This document shows, one piece after another, positions 51,183-54,960 of a DNA stretch of 54,960 bases. The notes beneath the pieces were generated by a model. That model was given only the letters and a program-made list of their open reading frames with translations, was not told the origin of the DNA and made no database searches. The position numbers were made by a program, and so were the translations under genes. The stretch is from Phoronis australis (Eukaryota; Animalia; Phoronida): contig NMRA01000125.1 of NCBI GenBank assembly GCA_002633005.1, positions 199,624 to 254,583 of the forward strand, read 5' to 3'. The first letter of the stretch is position 1. Each line of letters starts with the position of its first letter.

Positions 51183-51628
51183 ACGCAATTTTTCACGGCA
51201 CCGAAAGGCGACGCAAAAGATCGTACCACAATTATAGATGCAGAATAACAGTAGAATGCCAAGTTTTCCAACACCTGTAAATAATTTAGTTTACTGAAGA
51301 AACAGCATAGTTTTTAATGACACTAATTTTGTGTCAGACTTTAGCTGGTCAATTTTTAACCCACATCGGTGCAAAGCTGTATATTTAGTACACAGCTTTT
51401 CACCTAGCCTTGGTGTAAAGCTGCATACTAACAGCTGTGTGCCGATGTGGGTAAAAAAATGACCACATAAAATTTGACATAAAATTAGAGTCATTAAGAA
51501 CTAGTCTTCCTTGAGTAAACTAAATTATTTACCGGCGTTGGAAAAATTGGCATTCTACCGTTATTCTGCTTCTAAATTTGTGATACGATCTTTTGCGTCG
51601 GCTTTCCGCGCCATGAAATATTGCGTTA
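51183..51628. repeat. Long palindrome (foldback MITE) with ~220-bp arms
   Basis: Mirror pairs include CGACGCAAAAGATCGTA/TACGATCTTTTGCGTCG, AATAATTTAGTTTACT/AGTAAACTAAATTATT and ACCCACATCGG/CCGATGTGGGT, centred near 51407. Confidence 0.9.
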
Positions 51629-52172
51629 CCTATGGGCCATTTTTTGCCGATTATTCAATCAACTGATCCTTCACGAGGTTGCGTACCTGTCACAACAAAT
51701 TATCAGAACTGGTTTCACTTTTAAGAGTTTTTAGAATTTTGATACCAGCAAACCAAAATTCAGAACAAATTTTACTGCTATAAAGCTGTCATTTATCTAT
51801 CGAGAGATGTTGCTTAAATTTAGGAAATGGCACAGGCGCGTGTCACGAGCATACTGTTTTCAAAATGACGACAGATTTATCTTTGTTACAAAAGGCAGAG
51901 AATTACGCAAAGAAATGACCTTCATTAGGCTGTTTTTCGCTTCAACGGATGTAACAGGCAAGGTGAGTGCCGGTTGACTCCCAGATTTCGCATGCACCCC
52001 ATCTGGTCTTTAGCTCTACAAGTTGATACAAGATTCACAGCGAGATGACGAGCAGAACTACCCAGGCTGTGTGTAATTTTGAGGTCTGTTGGTACTGAAC
52101 ACACAGTGGTACCTAGCTGTAGTCTTCATACAGCTAGCTGGCTGACTTTTTTGCACCAAACCCTCAAGGGCA

Positions 52173-52749
52173 TAGACAATGACCACCGTCTCTACCTGGC
52201 CCAGTACAGACGGTGTACTTCTATAGGAGCTCCATATGCTGGAAGCTTTTAGGCGAATTATGCCTAACAGTAACTAAAACATGAAAGTTACATTGTTATA
52301 AATACCTTCAGCGCATAGTAAGACACCTTAGGAGGCCGTGGATGTCTTTAATTCCTTCCTACTCAAACAAATACACCTGTTATCCAACTTTTTCTTCAAG
52401 CAGTTCCTCATTCAGTTCCCAAAATTTGAAACTGGCCATTTTTAACACCGTACGCGACAGGTGATATGATGTCAAATCCCCTGGCATGCGCAGTGTAAAA
52501 ATGACCATGCAGTTACCGATTTTGGGAACTGAAGAAGGATTGCTTAAAAAAGTTTGATAACAGAAATATTGTTCAAGTTGGAATGAATTAAAGACATTGA
52601 TGGCTTCTTAAGGTGTCCGTATATGCACAAAAGTATAACAACATGACTACGATGTTTTAGTCAGTTTGAAGCATAATTCACCAAAAAGCTTCCAGCATAT
52701 GAAGCTCCACCGTCTCTACTGGCAAGACAGAGATGGTGGTCACTGTCTA
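52173..52749. mobile_element. Complete family A foldback MITE (~580 bp)
   Basis: TIR TAGACAATGACCACC / GGTGGTCACTGTCTA (14/15 match). The two arms are inverted throughout around a centre near 52470. Confidence 0.8.
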
Positions 52750-52753
52750 CCTA

Positions 52754-54104
52754 GGCAGTTACATCGTCCTTCATGCCACAGGCATACAGGGGCGATAGTT
52801 CATCTCCACAAAAAGCTACGAATTTCAAAATACAGGAAATAAAATCAAATGAAACATCCATATACGCACATGGAGTTATAATTAACACGTCATATACTGG
52901 GGAACCCAATGTTCGTCCGCCTAAGCATAAAACCGACTTGCTGTTGTACTCACCGAATTATTCCACTTCAAAGTTATGATCTGAATAGGATTCGATTTAA
53001 CTCTCACAGATATACCGCATTCATCGATTCGGAAGTTTTCTTTAATTTGTGCCGAGTTATTTCAAATGTGCACTGCCTTCGGCAGCCATTTTATTGTGAC
53101 ACCTAAGTTCGTCATATGCTGCCCCCTTTTGTAAAAACTGAGAAACATGCAGAAAAAGGCCAACGAAGTAATGAAAATTGCAACAGCCTGTTTTTATTGA
53201 CATAAACTCGATTTGAAGCTTTGATGTTGAGCTCTGCACTGTGGTTTCCAATAAAAGCCAATTGGACAACATTTCAATGCAGTTTAATGGTGAATGCGTG
53301 AGGCAAAATGTTAAGAACCCAGCGTATCGCATTTGTCTGCGGATTTTTCCTTTGGCCTTCTAGATCCTACTAGTGCCTGGGAAAAACAGATACATTGCAT
53401 AAACAAACCCTGGATCTTGTTTTGTGTCCCGTCGGAAGAAAATTTAAATTCGAAAACATCTTCTGAAAACGCACAAAAAAGTGTATTAGTAAAATCTACT
53501 GATTTTTAAGTGGTTTTAAAAAACAATCGGTAAACTCACCGATTTTTGTCTCATTACTTTGATACGTGTCTCTTCCGATAAGTTAGTACCTAACGTGCAG
53601 ACGAGCACTCCAAATTGGAACGCTAAGTCCCGCGTGGTTGCGCTGCACGCGAAACAAGATGGCGGACGACCTTTGGAGCCTGACGACAATAGGTAACCGG
53701 ACGATATAAAAATTCCAACTCCACTTTTTCACCACGTGCGCGATAACCACAAAGTATTTCAACTGAGTCACATGAGCTAGGCAAAGGCTAGCGCGAGAAT
53801 GAGCGAAGCGCATGACGCTGGCGCGCAACACTTGCAAAATAGCATGGCAAGGCATCAGGTGAAATTTGTAAGATTTGTGTCCCTTGCGTGATTTCACGTA
53901 ACTTCCTCAAAATGGCACCAGTGGCACCAGCTGAAACTCGAGTGAACCAATCGTTCAAATTATCTTGACTGAATCGTCTCCAGCCGATGCATGTTTCTTC
54001 ATTTAGTTTTATTTCCTGTATTTTGAAATTCGTAACTTTTTGTGGGGATATACTATCGCCCCAGTATGCCTGCGGCATCCAGGGCGATGTAAATTCTAAT
54101 TGCC
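52754..54104. mobile_element. 1.35-kb element with ~100-bp TIRs enclosing a CpG-rich promoter-like core
   Basis: 52760-52858 is the reverse complement of 53991-54091 (ACATCG..ATGCC.CAGGCATAC.GGGGCGATAGT..CCACAAAAAG.TACGAATTTCAAAATACAGGAAATAAAA). Termini are TA|GGCA..TGCC|TA. Confidence 0.65.
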
Positions 54105-54499
54105 TACCAAGCGACAAGGCCAAGGCCAAGCCAAGGCAAGGTTCGCCAGCAAAATCAGAGAGATCGTGAAAGATTAAAGGTGTTGGGCAACAAAGCTAGT
54201 TTACCTATCATGACTTCATTTTGGTTAGCCGGGCCAACTCCATATCTCAGTGTGTTAACCAATGACATCATCACTAGCAGTAATGATCAAGACACCATGT
54301 CATGTAGCCTACTTTTTTAAGCACGGTGGAGTTTCTGCAGAAACGAAGTTGTGGGAAATCACATGGTGCCGTAAAGTGATCGTAAACAGTTTTGGCACAA
54401 ATAAGAAAACGTCAAGTATCTTAATGTTTAGGCTTACTTTTAAAGCGAATAAATCAATTATGACAATGTTGGAGTATACTATTAGGATTCATATTTAAC

Positions 54500-54542
54500 A
54501 TGAGCGAAGAACCGCGAGCGTTGAAGGCAACAAGCGACAACC
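54500..54542 (+). CDS. Possible first coding exon of a gene continuing beyond the window (MSEEPRALKATSDN)
   Basis: ATG in AACATGA context, open frame and consensus donor gtaagt at 54543; upstream CCAAT with adjacent TGACATCA at 54259-54270. No homology recognised. Confidence 0.35.
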
Positions 54543-54795
54543 GTAAGTGAGTCTTGACCTGGAATGCAGTTTTCGAGCGAATTACTTAGAAATGCTGGTA
54601 AACTTTGACGGATTTCTCACGCCCTGAGAGACTTATGAGGTTTGTTTTCAGGAATTTTGATATGAAATGTTTTGAAGCTTGTGAATTTTTACAATCGACT
54701 TCTATATTTGATTTAACGAAGCTGATAACAGTTGACAGATCAAACTTGAAATGGGGGACACGAAACCCTCGCTTAGACGAGGGCTCTGTGCTTTT

Positions 54796-54960
54796 CATAG
54801 GCAATGACCATCGCCTCTGTTGGCCCGAACCAGAGGCGATGTAGAGGCTATAGGCGCTCTGTACGCCGGAAGCTTTTCGGCAAATTATGCCTCGCACCGA
54901 CTAAACCATCAAAGTCACGTTGTTATAAATACCTTTTGCGCATAGAGGAACACCTTAGGA
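54796..54960 (+). mobile_element. Family A element, left arm, truncated by window end
   Basis: CATAGGCAATGACCATCG terminus followed by the CTATAGGCGCT..GCCGGAAGCTTTTCGGCAAATTATGCCTC..CCTTTTGCGCATAGAGGAACACCTTAGGA block. Confidence 0.8.

Noticed and set aside
53057-53089. MAAEGSAHLK as the POLR1E N-terminus (resembles vertebrate MAAE start)
   Set aside because: It ends in TAA after 10 codons with no usable donor, and the ATG is part of a YY1-type motif inside a TIR element.

Overview
AT-rich, intron-containing animal genomic DNA. It looks like a marine invertebrate, possibly a deuterostome such as a hemichordate, but the species cannot be established from sequence alone. Almost all ORF-track entries are spurious or exon fragments. 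Manual GT-AG exon assembly supports three protein-coding genes: (1) an ARHGAP19-type RhoGAP (+, 2159-16163, 11-12 coding exons); (2) a vasopressin/oxytocin-superfamily neuropeptide-neurophysin precursor (+, CDS 33034-37708, with a probable non-coding first exon ending at 31924); (3) POLR1E/RPA49/PAF53, an RNA polymerase I subunit (-, 38955-47846, 5' end unresolved), convergent with gene 2. A possible fourth gene starts at 54500. The most notable item is the neuropeptide gene. It predicts an atypical 11-residue amidated peptide, CFIWNCPIQRV-NH2 (Trp4, five-residue tail). Its neurophysin has lost both cysteines of one disulfide (28-34 equivalent), and it lies outside the chordate VP/OT synteny block. 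An LTR-like antisense promoter with a perfect heat-shock element sits in its last intron. About 1.8 kb upstream of its promoter is an inverted pair of Penelope-type minimal hammerhead ribozyme motifs. The rest is MITEs and foldback elements (hAT, PIF/Harbinger and Tc1/mariner signatures, some nested), a tRNA-derived SINE and minisatellites. No database search or folding computation was run.
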